From positions 36,146,001 to 36,210,000 of the forward strand of contig OX597818.1 in the NCBI GenBank assembly GCA_951406725.2: a DNA stretch of 64,000 nucleotides. Direction: 5' to 3'. Under the pieces are notes generated by a model that saw only the letters and a list, made by a program, of their open reading frames with translations, searched no databases and was not told where the DNA came from. This document shows positions 37,916 to 52,541 of the stretch, in pieces. The translations under genes and the position numbers were made by a program. Each line of letters begins with the position of its first letter. The first letter of the stretch is position 1. This stretch comes from Octopus vulgaris. Taxonomy: Eukaryota.

Positions 37916-39464
37916 TACATATATATATATATAGAGAGAGAGAGAGATAGATAAATAGACAGATAGACAGACAGACAGATATATATATATATATATAGAT
38001 AGATAGATAGATTAGAGTATGATGCTCAAATATATGCTCCCAAATCAAAAGAAACTGGATTGGGAATATCTATCAAGCGGATTCTCGAATCTATTTCGTC
38101 CCAAATTCGGAAGTACCACTAAACTTGGGCAACAGATCTGCAAGTAGCTCCATGACATTGAAGACTGCTAACTTTATATTGAGGTCTTATCCATCTATAT
38201 TTATACTCTTTCCTACCGAAAGCTCTGGAAGCATCTACATAATAACAAGTTCTAGAACGTCAATATTGCATGAAGAAGAATACTTTTCCTCAAAAACAAA
38301 CAAAAAAAAAGAAGACTAGCTCTTTCTTTGACTTCCTCACAAAAAACTACGACGGAACAGAAGCGGAAGCTCTTGCCAGATTGCTTATTCTTGGTACCAT
38401 CAAAAAGTGTGCCCTCATAGTTTCGTGATTAGAACTTAAAAATTCCATACAGTAGGAGCAGCTATACAATGGACAGAATTACAATGAATTCATTGAAAAT
38501 ATTTGAGGATTTTGAATTAAATATGATCATTAGTACTAAAATAATGATAACTATCTTCCTTAGCATACGACTACATTTAGAAACAGATAACATTGTCACC
38601 AACATAAGCCAAGCTTGTACCCTATATACAATCACAAAAATTTCAAGAGCTCAACCATAATTAGTAATCTTACAGCAGGTGGATCCCTGATATATTCTTC
38701 AGAAAGGGACATGTTTAACCAAAATACTTCTTACATTAACGATGAGCCTCCAAAAGCTACTACAGTGAAATGATAGTGTACCTGGAGTACACACATACAA
38801 ATTCATACCATAGTTAAACTAAGGTGAAGGAGGTGATCTAGTTTAATCCCCGAGAAAACTTAAACGTTGCCATGAACATAAACAGAAATGTATAGCTGTA
38901 GAGAGTCAACATTTCTCATCGACACTTAAATTCAATAAACTTTTCGATTCACATAACGTTATCGTTAGCTATTTCAGTCTGGAAAACGTGCTCCCCACAG
39001 CACACACCACCCGATAGCACACAATCACAAGAGGCAGCTTGTTACTGTCAAAAAACAATCTACTTACCCACTGAGCTTAATTTTGTCTCTCCAAAGCAGC
39101 TATATTTCGAACATAACACTCCTGAACAGTATTTGGAATGAATTACATAAAGAAAACTGCAAACGCTTGTAGCTTTACACATTTTTAAAGCAATGAAGAA
39201 GCGGTAATTTCATTTCTGGCTATTTACGTTCCGATTTCAATTTCTCCATAGACTGACTTTGCTTTCAACTCTCCAATATCCATAAGATAAGTACCAGTAA
39301 AGTTCTGTGGCTACATTTACTGTTTACATTGTTAGTCACTTGAGACCTTGGAAAGTATTACAACCTTAGGCCAGATCTGCATAGTAAGGAGTGGTGGAAA
39401 AAGGATGACTCCGAACACGCCATGAATTTCTTAGTTTCAGCCTCCTAATATGATGCTGTTTGAT

Positions 39465-39702
39465 GTCTTTCCATAGACTACGGCCATGCTGAAGCACCGC
39501 CTAGAACAATTTCCTTTTTAGTCATATGAATCGACCTCAGTACTTATTTTTTTGTTAAGCCTGGTAATTATTCTATCGGTATTATTTGCTTAAGCACTAA
39601 GTTACGGGGGACGTAAGTACACCAGCACCAGTTGGCAAGCGGATGTGAGGGGACGGGACAAACAGAAACAAAAAGACACACATACATACATACATATTTA
39701 TA

Positions 39703-39756
<54 letters not shown>

Positions 39757-39960
39757 TGAATGTATGTATGTATGTATGTATATAAGTATATATGATGGGC
39801 TTCTTTCAATTTCTGTGTACCAAATCCATTCACAAGGTTTTGGCAGGTACGAAGCTATAGTAGAAGACACTTGCCCGAGGTGCCACGCAGTGGGACTGAA
39901 CACGGAACCATTTAGGTCGGGAAACAAGCTTCTTACCACACAGCTACGCATGCCCCTACA
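39465..39960 (-). mobile_element. SINE family A, diverged
   Basis: Family match. Confidence 0.82.
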
Positions 39961-40209
39961 TATATAACTTAAACATACATACATACATACATACATACAT
40001 TCTTTCATTCATTCATTCATTCATTCGTTTATTCATTCATAAGGAGACTTATGAGTAGACGCGCGCGCGAGTGATAGTATATGAGGAAGCTGAGAAAGAT
40101 ATGACCAATAGAATTTTTTCCTTATCTCACAAGCTTTCACTCTTCCTCTTTCCAGCTATCCACCGCATCCCTCCCGTCCCTGCACGCTCACGCCCACGCA
40201 TTCAAACGC

Positions 40210-40245
<36 letters not shown>

Positions 40246-40855
40246 TAACATACACACACACACACACACTAACATACACACCCGCACACACAATTTCTCT
40301 CCCCCTTTCTTCGCATATCCAAAACTACTTTTTAAATTCTTTCAATACATATGTACTATAGTTTTACGCTACCCTCTCTTTGTCTTTCTCTCTCTCTCTC
40401 TCTCTCCTTTTTTCTCTCCGCTCTACTTTTCTCTCTTCTCTCTCTTTGTCTCATACTCTTCTTCCCCCTCTCTCCAATACTCATGCCTATTCATTATTTT
40501 TTTGAATCCCACTCATCCCACCTCGCTAAACTCACCTACTGCGTTGCCGCTGCCAGTTATTATTCCGATAACATTTTCCTCGTGATGCCTCCTGGCACAA
40601 TCATACCGATACACAACTTTCACTTTCTCTTTCGCCCTCTTCTTCCCTCCATCACTCGCTATCCCTTTCTATCTGTCTCCCTCACTCCTTCACTCTCACT
40701 CTCACCTCTTTATCTATCGAGTTATCTGTTTAACAGGGCACACGCACACTTACTCTGTTGTCATATACATAAATACATAGATAAACACATACATAAATGT
40801 ATACCCGAGTGCATACATGCATTTACAAACATGTAAATATATGCATACATATAGC

Positions 40856-40904
<49 letters not shown>

Positions 40905-41170
40905 GTATATATATACGTATATATATACGTATATATATATATATATATAACGTATATATATACGTACATATATATATATATATATACATATATATAATTT
41001 TATATGTACGCATATATATATTTATATGTATAGACATATATATAATTTTATATATACGCATATATATATATATATATATATATACAAACATATATATATA
41101 TACACACTACCGAAAAATGTTTCTGTATACTAATGAATATGTATGTATGTATATATATATATATATATAT

Positions 41171-41288
41171 CCACCGTGATCACCGTGACCGACCAGGCTA
41201 TCAGATGTTGTTACACATCGCTGGTCACAATGCGCTTCACATTGTTTTAGCCTTCAAATGACGCCACCCCGTTGGCTAAGCGAGCAGG

Positions 41289-41292
<4 letters not shown>
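41171..41292 (-). mobile_element. 3' tail of SINE family D
   Basis: Reverse complement of 45455-45575. Confidence 0.85.
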
Positions 41293-41342
<50 letters not shown>

Positions 41343-41804
41343 CATATATACATACACATACGTTAAATATTTCTATGTACAAACACACACACACACACAC
41401 ACGTATATATATATATATATATATGTAGGTATATATATATGCGTGTGTGTGTGTATATGTGGGTATACATGTATGTATATATGTATGTATGCATGCATGT
41501 ATGCATGTACGTATGTAATCATGTATGTATGTGTGCAAGTGAAAGACTATATTTATATATAAGTTTACTTTATATCTACGTATATCACTCTCGCTCTCTT
41601 CCACATTCCACTTATAAATCCTCACCATTTTATTTATCAATTTAAATCTTCCTGACACCCTATCACATGCGAAATCGTATTTACCTAACCCACCCCCACA
41701 TTGCCACTTTCTATCTCCCCCATTTCTATATAGATATTTATCTTAGTTTATCTACCGGATTCTCTGCGTATTTATCAATCAAACTGTCCATCTACCTAGC
41801 TAAA

Positions 41805-41950
<146 letters not shown>

Positions 41951-41982
41951 AATATATATATATATATATATGCATATATACA

Positions 41983-42016
<34 letters not shown>

Positions 42017-42211
42017 AACATATATATATATATATAATGTATAATATGCTAGTGTATGTATACATATACATATACGTTTGAATTTAGATATAGATGCATA
42101 ACATGAATATACACACCTACATTCATAATGTATGTGTGTGTATAATAGAAGAGGAAAAGAATATCTATATATGTATACATTTATGTGTATATTTCTCAGT
42201 TCGTCTGTATG

Positions 42212-42257
<46 letters not shown>

Positions 42258-42309
42258 TGTATGTGTGTATGTATGTATGTATGTGTGTATGTATATGTTG
42301 TTATATTTT

Positions 42310-42515
42310 TATTTCACTCATCAGACTGAGGTCATTCAAACTAGGGTACCGTCTTCAAGAATTTTTATTCGAATGTATCGATCCCAGTACTTAAATTTTA
42401 AAAGCCTGGTACTTATTCTAACGGTCAGTTTTGACGAGCTGCTAAGTTTCTGGAATGTAAACACACCAGCACCGGTTGTCAAGTGGTGGTGGTGGGGATG
42501 AGAAAACAGACACAA

Positions 42516-42552
<37 letters not shown>

Positions 42553-42563
42553 TATATATATAT

Positions 42564-42606
<43 letters not shown>

Positions 42607-42830
42607 ATGTATGTATATATATATAGAGACAGAGAGAGAATGAGAGAGAGTGAGAGTGAGAGGGAGCGAGAGATAGTGAGAGTATGAAAAAGAGATACGA
42701 TAGACTTCTTTTGGTGTACCAGACCCACTGACAAGGCTTTGGTCGGCCCGAGGCTATATTAGAAGACACCTGCCCAAAATACCATACAGTGAATGGTTGG
42801 GACGCGCGCTTTTTTCCACACAACTACGCC
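42310..42830 (-). mobile_element. SINE family A, diverged
   Basis: Family match with expanded microsatellite. Confidence 0.75.
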
Positions 42831-43672
42831 TCGTATATATAAGAGAATGTATAAATAGTATTCATTACATATTGTTTTATTGTAGTTAATTTGACTTACA
42901 TCAGTTTCCAATAGTTATTATAGGTTGGTCCAGCATTTGGTTTACTCAAAATTGTCCACTGATTGGTTGAGAAAAACTGAGACTCATTAGAAATATGGTA
43001 TTCTGTTGACCAGACAGCTATGACCAATGACGAGAACATTAATTCTCTTGAGAAAGTTCAATTTTGCTCAACCAATCAATGAGCAAAACCTACAATGATT
43101 ATCAGAAACATTTGTAAGTTAGCAGGTATTTAAAGGAAAAAAATTGACAAGACACTCAGTCGCCCGCTGACACTCACTGACGCTACAGCGAAGAGGCCAG
43201 CGAAGAAAGAAGACATGCACCCAACACCAGACCTGAAGACACCCCCGAAAGGCGGGTGGCAGCCACGTCAAAACGGTAGAGGAGTAGGGGCCGAAACTGG
43301 ACGTGTATCCTCTTGATGATGTCTTGAGCTAACAGGATCCTATAAAGGAGCTGTTGTGGTAGCAGACCACGAAACACGGTTGAAATTCCTCCAATATATT
43401 TATATCTTGTCTTGTGTATCATTCTGTGTAAAAAAAACTAGTGTAACTGGCAGTGCAACCATGGATTTACAATACAGAACTATGATGGATTATAAACTGC
43501 CACAAGAGTATGCAGAGGCCTTTACTAATCTAAAATAATTCGTTAACCTGGTGTATTAACAGAAAACTTAAAAAGTATTTTGCCCGGATTGATAATAACT
43601 GATTAATAACCCTTTGATCACACACACACGCGCACAAACAAACACACACATGTAATATGTGTATGTATGTAT

Positions 43673-43726
<54 letters not shown>

Positions 43727-43798
43727 CAAAGTTGAGTTGTGGGGTATCACACGAGTGGAATTATATACCTTCTTTCGTATATATATATATATATATAT

Positions 43799-43877
<79 letters not shown>

Positions 43878-43879
43878 TA

Positions 43880-44400
43880 CTCTTTTACTCTTTTACTTGT
43901 TTCTGTCATTTGACTGTGGCGATGCTGGAGCACCACCTTTAGTCGAGCAGATCGACTCCAGGACTTATTCTTTGTAAGCCTTGCACTTATTATATCGCTC
44001 CGTTTTACCGAACCGCTAGGTTACGGGGACGTAAACACACCAGCATTGGTTGTCAAGCAATGGTGTGGTGACAAACACAGATACACAAATACATAGATAC
44101 ATATATGTTTCTGTCTACCAAATCCACTCAAAAGGCTTTGGTCAGCCCGAGGCTATAGTAGAAGACACTTGTCCAAGGTGCCACGCAGTGGGACTGAACA
44201 CGGAACTATGTCGTTCGTAAGCAAGCTACTTACCATACAGCCACCCATACATCTATAATATATATACACATTAGCAGTTCGGCAAAAGAGACCGATAAAA
44301 TAAGTACTGGGCTTACAAAGAATAAGTCCTGGGGTCGATTTGCTCGACTAAAGGCGGTGCTCCAGCATGGCCGCAGTCAAATGACTGAAACAAGTAAATT
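43880..44400. mobile_element. SINE family A (minus, 43880-44250) plus a plus-strand tail (44270-44400)
   Basis: Family match; the two tails form an inverted pair. Confidence 0.85.
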
Positions 44401-44879
44401 AGTAAATAGTAGTAAATATGATCACGCTCCAACATCAGTAACAGAATCAAGAAAAAAATATGTGTATCTGTGTATATGCGTGTCTGTTTACGTGTGTGTG
44501 TGTGCAAACATGTGTATGTGTATATGTGTGTCCTTTTTATTAAAAAAAAAATTTTTTTTAATTCACTAAATACTTGTACACAAATACACACACATAGACA
44601 TACACACACATACGCATACACACACAGGTACAGCAATCCGTGTCGTTATCTTAGCACTACTGCAAATACCGTCAATGAATTTGTATAGAAATGAACTACT
44701 CTTCAGTTGAAGAATATTTCAGACAAACTGAAAATCCCGGAAATTACATTCAGTCACGGAGTATAAAATAACAAGCGAACAATGGATTTTCTAATATAAC
44801 ATTCATTTCAATCTTTACAGCTGTTCCAAGGACAGATTTATAACAAATAATTATTCAAGAGCGTATAACATCGACTATA

Positions 44880-45135
44880 TAATATTGGTTTCAGAGGCCA
44901 ACAACAATAATAATGATGATGATTTCAAATTTTTGCACAAGGCCAGCAATTTCGCGCAAGTTGAATAAGTCGATTCCAATAACTCCAGTGCTTCATTGGA
45001 ACTTGTTTTATCGACACCAAAAGGATGATAGACACAGTTTACCTCGGTGAAATTTGAACTCAGAAAAAAAGGAATGACGAAAATACTGCTAAGCATTATA
45101 CCTGGCGTGCTAAAGATGTTGTCAGCTCACCGCCT
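44880..45135 (-). mobile_element. SINE family B copy
   Basis: Reverse complement of head, B box and central domain. Confidence 0.75.
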
Positions 45136-45284
45136 TCCATCTATTATACGATATTGATTATATAATGAAAGATCCACAGTCATCTCGTGAACAAATAAAT
45201 TTGGATGAATTCATTTTGTCATGTTTTTTCATTGTTCACCAGACATATGCTATATATGGATTTGGTAGACGGAACCACTGCCCA

Positions 45285-45576
45285 GTAGTTAGGGCAGGGG
45301 ACACGCGGTCGTAGGATCGCGGTTTCGATTCCCAGACCGGGTGTTGTGAGTGTTTATTGAGCGAAAACACCTAAAGCTTCACAAGGCTCCGCTAGGAGTG
45401 GTGGCGATCACTGCTGTACTCTTTCGCCGCAACTTTCCCTCACTCTTTCTTCTGTTGGCCTGCTCGCTTAGCCAGTGGGGTGGCGTCATTTGAAGGCTAA
45501 AACAATGCGAAGCGCGTTGTGACCAGCGATGTGTAGTAACATCTGATAGCTTGGTCGGTCACGTGATCACGTGATA
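45285..45576 (+). mobile_element. SINE family D
   Basis: B-box-like ggtttcgattccc; tail shared with 41171-41292. Confidence 0.75.
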
Positions 45577-45892
45577 TACATGCATACATACAAGCCAATC
45601 TTCCCCTCCAAACGAAGAAAGACGCTATTACGATGATATTTCTATGCATCTACCTACGCATCCCATAACCATGATCTATCGCACATCCCATTTGCAAATT
45701 ATGAGCATTACAGCTATTACTTAAATTTCGAGCTCCCAGAAACCGCTGCCGAGATTAAAAAAATCTATGCCTTCTTTCTACAGTATTCTGTATTTTCTAT
45801 ACTCTAAGTAAAATAAATTTGTTTACCAAGATATATAAATTTATATGTGCTAATACATATGTGATTAGCTTCTAACTGTATTTAGTCTTCGG

Positions 45893-46303
45893 GGTTGCTG
45901 TGTGGTAAGTAGCTTGCTTACGAACTACATGGTTCTGAGTTCAATCCCACTGCGTGGCACCTTCGGCAAGTGTCTTCTACTAAAGCCTCGGGCCACCAAA
46001 GCCTTGTGAGTGTATTTGGTGGACGGAAACTGAAAGAAGCTCGTCGTATATATGTATATGTATATATATATATATGTGTGTGTGTTTGTGTGTCTGTGTT
46101 TGTTCCCCACCACCACCAACATCGCTTGACAACCGATGCTGGTGTGTTTATGTCGTCGTAATTTAGCGGTTCGGCAAATGAGACCGATAGAATAATAAGT
46201 ACTAGGCTTACAAAGAATATGTCCTGGGATAGATTTGGTCGATTAAAGGCGGCGCTCCAGCATGGCCGCAATCAAATGACTGAAACAAGTAAGAGTAAAA
46301 GAG
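45893..46303 (+). mobile_element. SINE family A
   Basis: Family match. Confidence 0.9.
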
Positions 46304-46305
46304 TG

Positions 46306-46366
<61 letters not shown>

Positions 46367-46554
46367 ATTTTATTTGTTAGGGAATAAAAATTCCATCATA
46401 ACAGGGTTTCAAATTATTCTCACTGAGAAAATATATATATGTAAAAAATATATAACGTGTAGCCAAGTTATAAAGTAGTAAGTATTGAAATTAAATTTCT
46501 TTTATATGGTGAGATGAAGGGGCCCACTATCTCTAAATAAAAAAAATATATATA

Positions 46555-46596
<42 letters not shown>

Positions 46597-46909
46597 CACG
46601 ATTGTAACAAGGGATTAGCATTATGCCTCTCCACGCGCTGAAAATAGACACCAAATGACGCCAACACCACCTTAAAAAACTCCAAAGGACACACATTGTA
46701 GTCGAGCAAAAGAAAGATATTGAATTAAACGTTTGGTAAAACGTGTACACGATCTGGTTTCAAGGTGAAAGTAAAAAATTATACCTACTGCTATCTTCAG
46801 CACCGTTATTCCATAGTATAAATTTACAAGTATTTACACGTACGTGTACGAACAGCGACTTGGTAGCTCCAGCATGGCCACAGCTCGTGAGCTGATACTA
46901 GATAACATG

Positions 46910-46940
<31 letters not shown>

Positions 46941-47104
46941 TATATATTTGTTTTGAAAGATTTTTGATATGAAATCGTGTGTTGAAACAGATGTTGTTTT
47001 ATTTAGGAATGGTCATGTTGCCAGTTTAGCCATTAGGAATACAAAATACAAAATGGCTGACCGTTAGTAAGGAGAGACACACAAATAAGAAAGAAGAAAG
47101 CAAA

Positions 47105-47149
47105 GGACCACTGATGAGGTCACAGAAGTGTGACGAAAGAACTCTGGCC
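47105..47149 (+). ncRNA. Minimal type I hammerhead motif
   Basis: ggacca-CTGATGA-g-gtcaca gaag tgtgac-GAAA-gaac-TC-tggcc. Confidence 0.7.
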
Positions 47150-47433
47150 GAAATAAGATTAAGATTAATGTAAAAAAAATAACGCTGAAGCAAAGTAACA
47201 CCAAATATATAGTGCATGTATATATATATATATATATATAATAATAATAAATATTAGGGAATAAATCCAAATTTACAGGGAAAAATCAGATTTAGGATTG
47301 AATCCAATTTTATAGTAAAATATGATATTATATTAAATTAGAGACAAAACCACTATTATGCAAATCAAACAAAGAAAGACTTAAGCCAATACATAAAAAA
47401 ATTTATGTTTAAAACTTGCAAAGAAGGTTTTGA

Positions 47434-47487
47434 AACCACCTGAAGAATGTCTCATAGAAGTGCTGACACGAAACGATCGTAGTGGTT
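47434..47487 (+). ncRNA. Type I hammerhead motif inside an inverted-repeat element (47240-47590)
   Basis: aaccac-CTGAAGA-a tgtc...gaca c-GAAA-cgatcg-TA-gtggtt; arms ~47326-47406 / ~47509-47590. Confidence 0.78.
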
Positions 47488-47582
47488 ATTTTAATTAAAT
47501 TTAATTTATATAAATTTTTTTATGTATTGGCTTAAGTCTTTCTTTGTTTGATTTGCATAATAGTGGTTTTGTCTCTAATTTA

Positions 47583-47614
<32 letters not shown>

Positions 47615-47732
47615 CCTGCAAAATATACAGTAAAGTAGAATTCCCATCTTTCTGTTCAACCACGTGTTATACATCAAAATATTGCTGCAGTGAAGGCAAC
47701 TTTGATCAGGAGTGAAATGTTATTCTAGATTA

Positions 47733-47935
47733 ATTATATAATGAAGGACAAAATCATTAATGATATTATCAGGAGGCCAGCGCGGAAATAATCCCTGGTT
47801 ATAATTATATATAACAATCCTTTATCATAATTATGTATAAAATTATTATAATGTTTGTAAAATTTCCTTATAAGGTTTTTATCTTCGCGCTGGCTTCCTG
47901 ATAAAATCATTAATGATGTTATCCTTTATTATATA
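47733..47935. repeat. Imperfect inverted repeat (MITE-like)
   Basis: aaggacaaaatcattaatgatattatcaggaggccagcgcg / cgcgctggcttcctgataaaatcattaatgatgttatcctt. Confidence 0.75.
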
Positions 47936-48139
47936 TAATTATATATCAAACCATTTTTTTTCTAACCAATCGGCATCCTTGAATAAATTCACAAGTGTGT
48001 CTTTCACAAGTTCAAAATAATCATCTCAAGCTACTTCATTTTGGTGATATTTAAAGATTGTTGTTACTCCTCCAGAAAGTAAAGAAACTATAACGACATA
48101 GATTGAGATGAAAGACACAACCGCGCTCTTCTTATTGTT

Positions 48140-48165
48140 TCTTTATTATTATTGTTGTTATTGTT

Positions 48166-48221
<56 letters not shown>

Positions 48222-48256
48222 TATCATCATTATCATCATCATTATTATTATTATCA

Positions 48257-48287
<31 letters not shown>

Positions 48288-48628
48288 CATTATTATTATT
48301 ATCATCATTATTATCATCATCATCATCATTATTATTATTATCATCATTATTATTATTATCATTATTATTATTATCATCATTATTATTATCATCATCATCA
48401 TTATTATTATCATCATCATTATTATTATTATCATCATCATTATTATTATTATCATCATTATTATTATTATTATTATCATCATCATTATTATTATTATCAT
48501 CATCATTATTATTATCATCATCATCATTATTATTATCATCATCATTATTATTATTATCATCATCATCATTATTATCATCATCATCATCATTATTATCATC
48601 ATCATCATCATCATTATTATCATCATCA

Positions 48629-48692
<64 letters not shown>
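48140..48692. repeat. (ATT/ATC)n compound microsatellite
   Basis: Direct inspection. Confidence 0.98.
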
Positions 48693-48714
48693 GACAGGAA
48701 TAAATATATACATA

Positions 48715-49390
48715 TACGATGGGCTTCTCTCTGTTTCCGTCTACCAAACCCACTCACAAGACTTTAGGCGGCCCGAGGCTATAGTAGAAATCCCTTGCTC
48801 AACGTGTCATGCGGTGGGACTGAACCCAGAACCATGTGGTTGAGAAGCAAGCTTCTTACCACACAACCACGGTTCCGCCTCAATCCCTCTTTCCCTCTTT
48901 CTCACTGTCTCCCCCCCTTTCCCTCTTTCTCCCTCTACGAATATGTGTGTGTGTATAGGAAAATTTGTTGTTGTATTTACATAAACATTTAAAAGATATT
49001 TTATATTATTGAATCTTGCAAACATTGAATCTTCTAAACATGTTTTTCTACATTACTGTTTTAAATTTTTACCATTCATAAACAAAAATATTGTTGAAAC
49101 TTGTTTAGTATTTATGTAAATTAATTTATTTAACATAGGCGCGAGAGTGACTGTGTGGTAAGTAGCTTGTTTACGAACCACATGGCTCCGCCTTGGGCAA
49201 GTGTCTTCTACTATAGCCTCGGGCCGACCAAAGCCTTGTGAGTGGATTTGGTAGACGGAAACTGAAGGAAACTCGTCGTTTATATGTATACGACACACAT
49301 ATGTATATATGTGCTTGTGTGCCTGTGTTTGTCCCCCACAACATCGCTTGTCAACTGATGCTGGCGTATTTATGTCCCCGTAACTTAGCG
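48715..49390. mobile_element. Two head-to-head SINE family A fragments (48715-48880 minus; 49136-49390 plus)
   Basis: Family match. Confidence 0.8.
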
Positions 49391-49422
49391 CAAGACTATA
49401 TCCATTAACAACAGAACAAAAA

Positions 49423-49818
49423 GTGAAAAATGTGGTCAACCTAACTGCGGTACATGCCCCCACCTTTTGGAGGGCTCAGAATTCTACTTTCAACAAGGTG
49501 AAACATTTAAGATCAAATCAAATTTCACCTGTGCCTCAGAAAATCATTACATGCCTATGGTGTGGTAACAATTATATTGGCCAAACAGGAATATTACTCC
49601 GTCGAAGAACCACTCTCCACAAAGCACAAATCCGCCACCCACAATACAGACAGTTACAGATTAGTGAATACATAGAAATGTGTGCTAGGAATGTTAATCC
49701 TAATTTCCTAATGTTCCCCTTCGATCAATGTTCACATAACACCCCCGTGCAACAAAGAATGAATAAAGAGGCAACTGTCATCAATAAATATGTTCCCCAA
49801 CTCAATATGAACACATAA
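49423..49818 (+). pseudogene. Penelope-like element GIY-YIG endonuclease fragment
   Basis: ITCLWCGNNYIGQTG..LRRR..LH...R..KE..I.....PQLN: CxxC-YIG-QT, R..H, conserved E and terminal LN of PLE GIY-YIG domains. Confidence 0.8.
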
Positions 49819-50337
49819 CATAATACAGAACACTACTAAACTTTCAATTAATACCACTAACTCCATATATCCCATACACCATTCACATTATAGATCTATA
49901 TCTACCCTAATTGCACCAGATCCAGAAATACTCCCTTACACATATTCTTTTCTCTCAGGGACTAATAGACCTGACACCATTCATTAATCGGTGTGCATTC
50001 AAAGCAATGATTAGTAATTTACGAAACCGGTATACTTTTAAATCCCTTTACCAATTCACAATAATGACTTTTATTATTTTAATTCCTACCTCGGTTCATC
50101 CAATTGTATATATCTATCATTACTTTTCATAAAATGCCACTATTATTATTTTTATTTCAAATGTGCATTTTCGCTTATCTTTCTTCTTACTTTCCCCTTA
50201 CATTTCCACGTGTAGGTTCTATTTTCTTTTTGTAAGATATTTCTACTATAGATGTATATATATATGTGTGTGTATGTATGTATGTATATATCAATGTATA
50301 TATGTATATATATATGTGTGTGTGTATGTATATATAG

Positions 50338-50557
50338 GGAGAATTCACAGAAAAACAAAACACGAAGGCAGGTGGTGTAGACAACAAACAGATGTATTAG
50401 TATACGCTGGGGAAGTGAAAAAGTCTCTAACGTTTCGAGCCTACGCTCTTCCACAGAAAGGAACACGGAAAGAAACAAGGAGATAAAGTAAAGAAAATGT
50501 AGTGGCTAGCGATCTATCATGGCGAAAAATATACATGCATGTATGTATATATATATA

Positions 50558-50588
<31 letters not shown>

Positions 50589-50611
50589 CTCTCTCTCTCT
50601 CTCTCTCTCTC

Positions 50612-50651
<40 letters not shown>

Positions 50652-50815
50652 CATGTGAATCGTTGGCGATTTTCTACCTTCACCGTTCCTTCTATTTCCG
50701 AAGAAGAGCGTCTGCTCGAAACGTTAAACCATCTTTCCTTTCCTGAAAACCTGCTAATACATTACATGTACCACGTCATCACGGTGTTGATTTTTGTGTT
50801 TGTTCATTTTGGGAT
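50338..50815. mobile_element. Two family C-related repeats (50338-50530 minus; 50660-50815 plus) with degenerate hammerhead cores
   Basis: acgtttcgagcctacgctcttccacag; tttccgaagaagagcgtctgctcgaaacgttaaa. Confidence 0.7.
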
Positions 50816-50833
50816 TTGCTATACATACATACA

Positions 50834-50896
<63 letters not shown>

Positions 50897-50945
50897 GTAT
50901 ATATACATATGTATTTATATATGTGTGTGAGTGTGTGTGTGTCTG

Positions 50946-51691
50946 TATACGACAAATAAATTGGGAAGGATATGAAGTTGATCGACATCAGCAGTAAACA
51001 TTCCAGTATGTCTGTTTATTCCAGTTCCAGTGTATTGGATTCATACACACACATGTATTAGTGACATAGATTATCAAATAGAAAAAGTTTGTAATCACAA
51101 TAACAAGGATGTGAGAGCATATAAACATATAGGAAACGAGCGATCAATTGAGCAGATGAGTAAATGGGCAAATGGGCAAATGAACAGATTGTCTATAAAA
51201 TCGAATGGATGTGTAGGTGCTAGTTCTTTACGGCCGTTTCTGGCAAGAGACAACGAAATCTTACAGGTTATTTACATCTCTTCAGTGTTATGTAGGGATG
51301 AGTAGATAAGACTTTGATAATGAATGTGTCTCTAGGCTTCTTATCGTTACATAACACTGAAGAGATAGAGATTACCTGGAAGATTTCGTTGCCTCTTAGC
51401 AGAAACGGCCGCAAGGAACTATCACCTATACACCCATTCGATTTTATAGACAATCTGTTCATTTTCCCATTTGCTCATCTGCTCAATTGATCACTCGCTC
51501 CTGTATGCTTATATGTTTCCACACCGTTTTTTAGGCAATTACCAATTACTAACTCTTTCTATTTGATAGTCTATACCACTAAGCATGTGTGTTTATCAAT
51601 CCAATACATTGGAATGAATAGACATACTGGAGTTTTTACCGGCTGATGTCTGTTGATTTCATATCCTCTCCACTCTCTTATTTGTTGTATA
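50946..51691. repeat. ~745-bp imperfect fold-back (long inverted repeat)
   Basis: Arms align end to end; ORF track shows the same peptide MNRLSIKSNGC on both strands. Confidence 0.92.
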
Positions 51692-51879
51692 AATCAAGGA
51701 TAAACCACTTTTTACCCCTCGCCCATATTTCATACTCAATTGCGAGATTGCCACGCAATAACTAGCACTTGGGTATGAATAACTGGGTACACTACCAGCA
51801 GTATATTGGATAGGTACTATCCCTTAGTTGGTTCCTCAACCTCCAACTCACACAGAAATATATATATACATATAAATAT

Positions 51880-51943
<64 letters not shown>

Positions 51944-52112
51944 GTATATATTTATATATATATGTACATACATGTATATATACATATGTATATATATGTA
52001 TGTATGTGTGTATGCATATATTTATATATATATATGTACATACATGTATATATACATATGTAAATATATGTATATATATGTATATGTATATATATATATG
52101 TATGTATGGATA

Positions 52113-52162
<50 letters not shown>

Positions 52163-52478
52163 TATATACACATTTATATATATATACATATAATTTCAAC
52201 AATTGAGGGTAAAATTAATTAGTTATTAATCAATTTCACCAAGTATTCAGTATGTAAAAGGACCATTTAAGGCGAATTCAAAATATTACATTATATAAAA
52301 GGGCTTAGTAAAATAAATTACTTTGCCACATACTGAACTCATTAGAAATAGCAGCCAAAAAAGTTTTTTTAGCTATTTCTAATACTTAAAGAAAGTTTCT
52401 CTCAGATAGTGTTTACTCAGAATAACCCACGAAGGTATGGGGGTAAAAAACATTAAAAAATCACAAGTGCAAAGATTA

Positions 52479-52541
52479 TTTGAGAACGTTACGTTTCTAG
52501 ATCAGCCAAATAAAATTCGACATTTCTTTCGTCAGCCCAAA
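52479..52541 (-). ncRNA. Type I hammerhead motif
   Basis: Reverse complement of 53088-53150. Confidence 0.75.

Noticed and set aside
43225-43310. Possible hammerhead (CTGAAGA...GAAA) in GC-richer insert
   Set aside because: Stems I and III and the cleavage triplet could not be paired convincingly
48088-48767. Poly-N/D, poly-H/Y and poly-I/M ORFs; likewise 24658-25281, 55751-56776, 61485-62025
   Set aside because: Trinucleotide repeats open in several frames by construction
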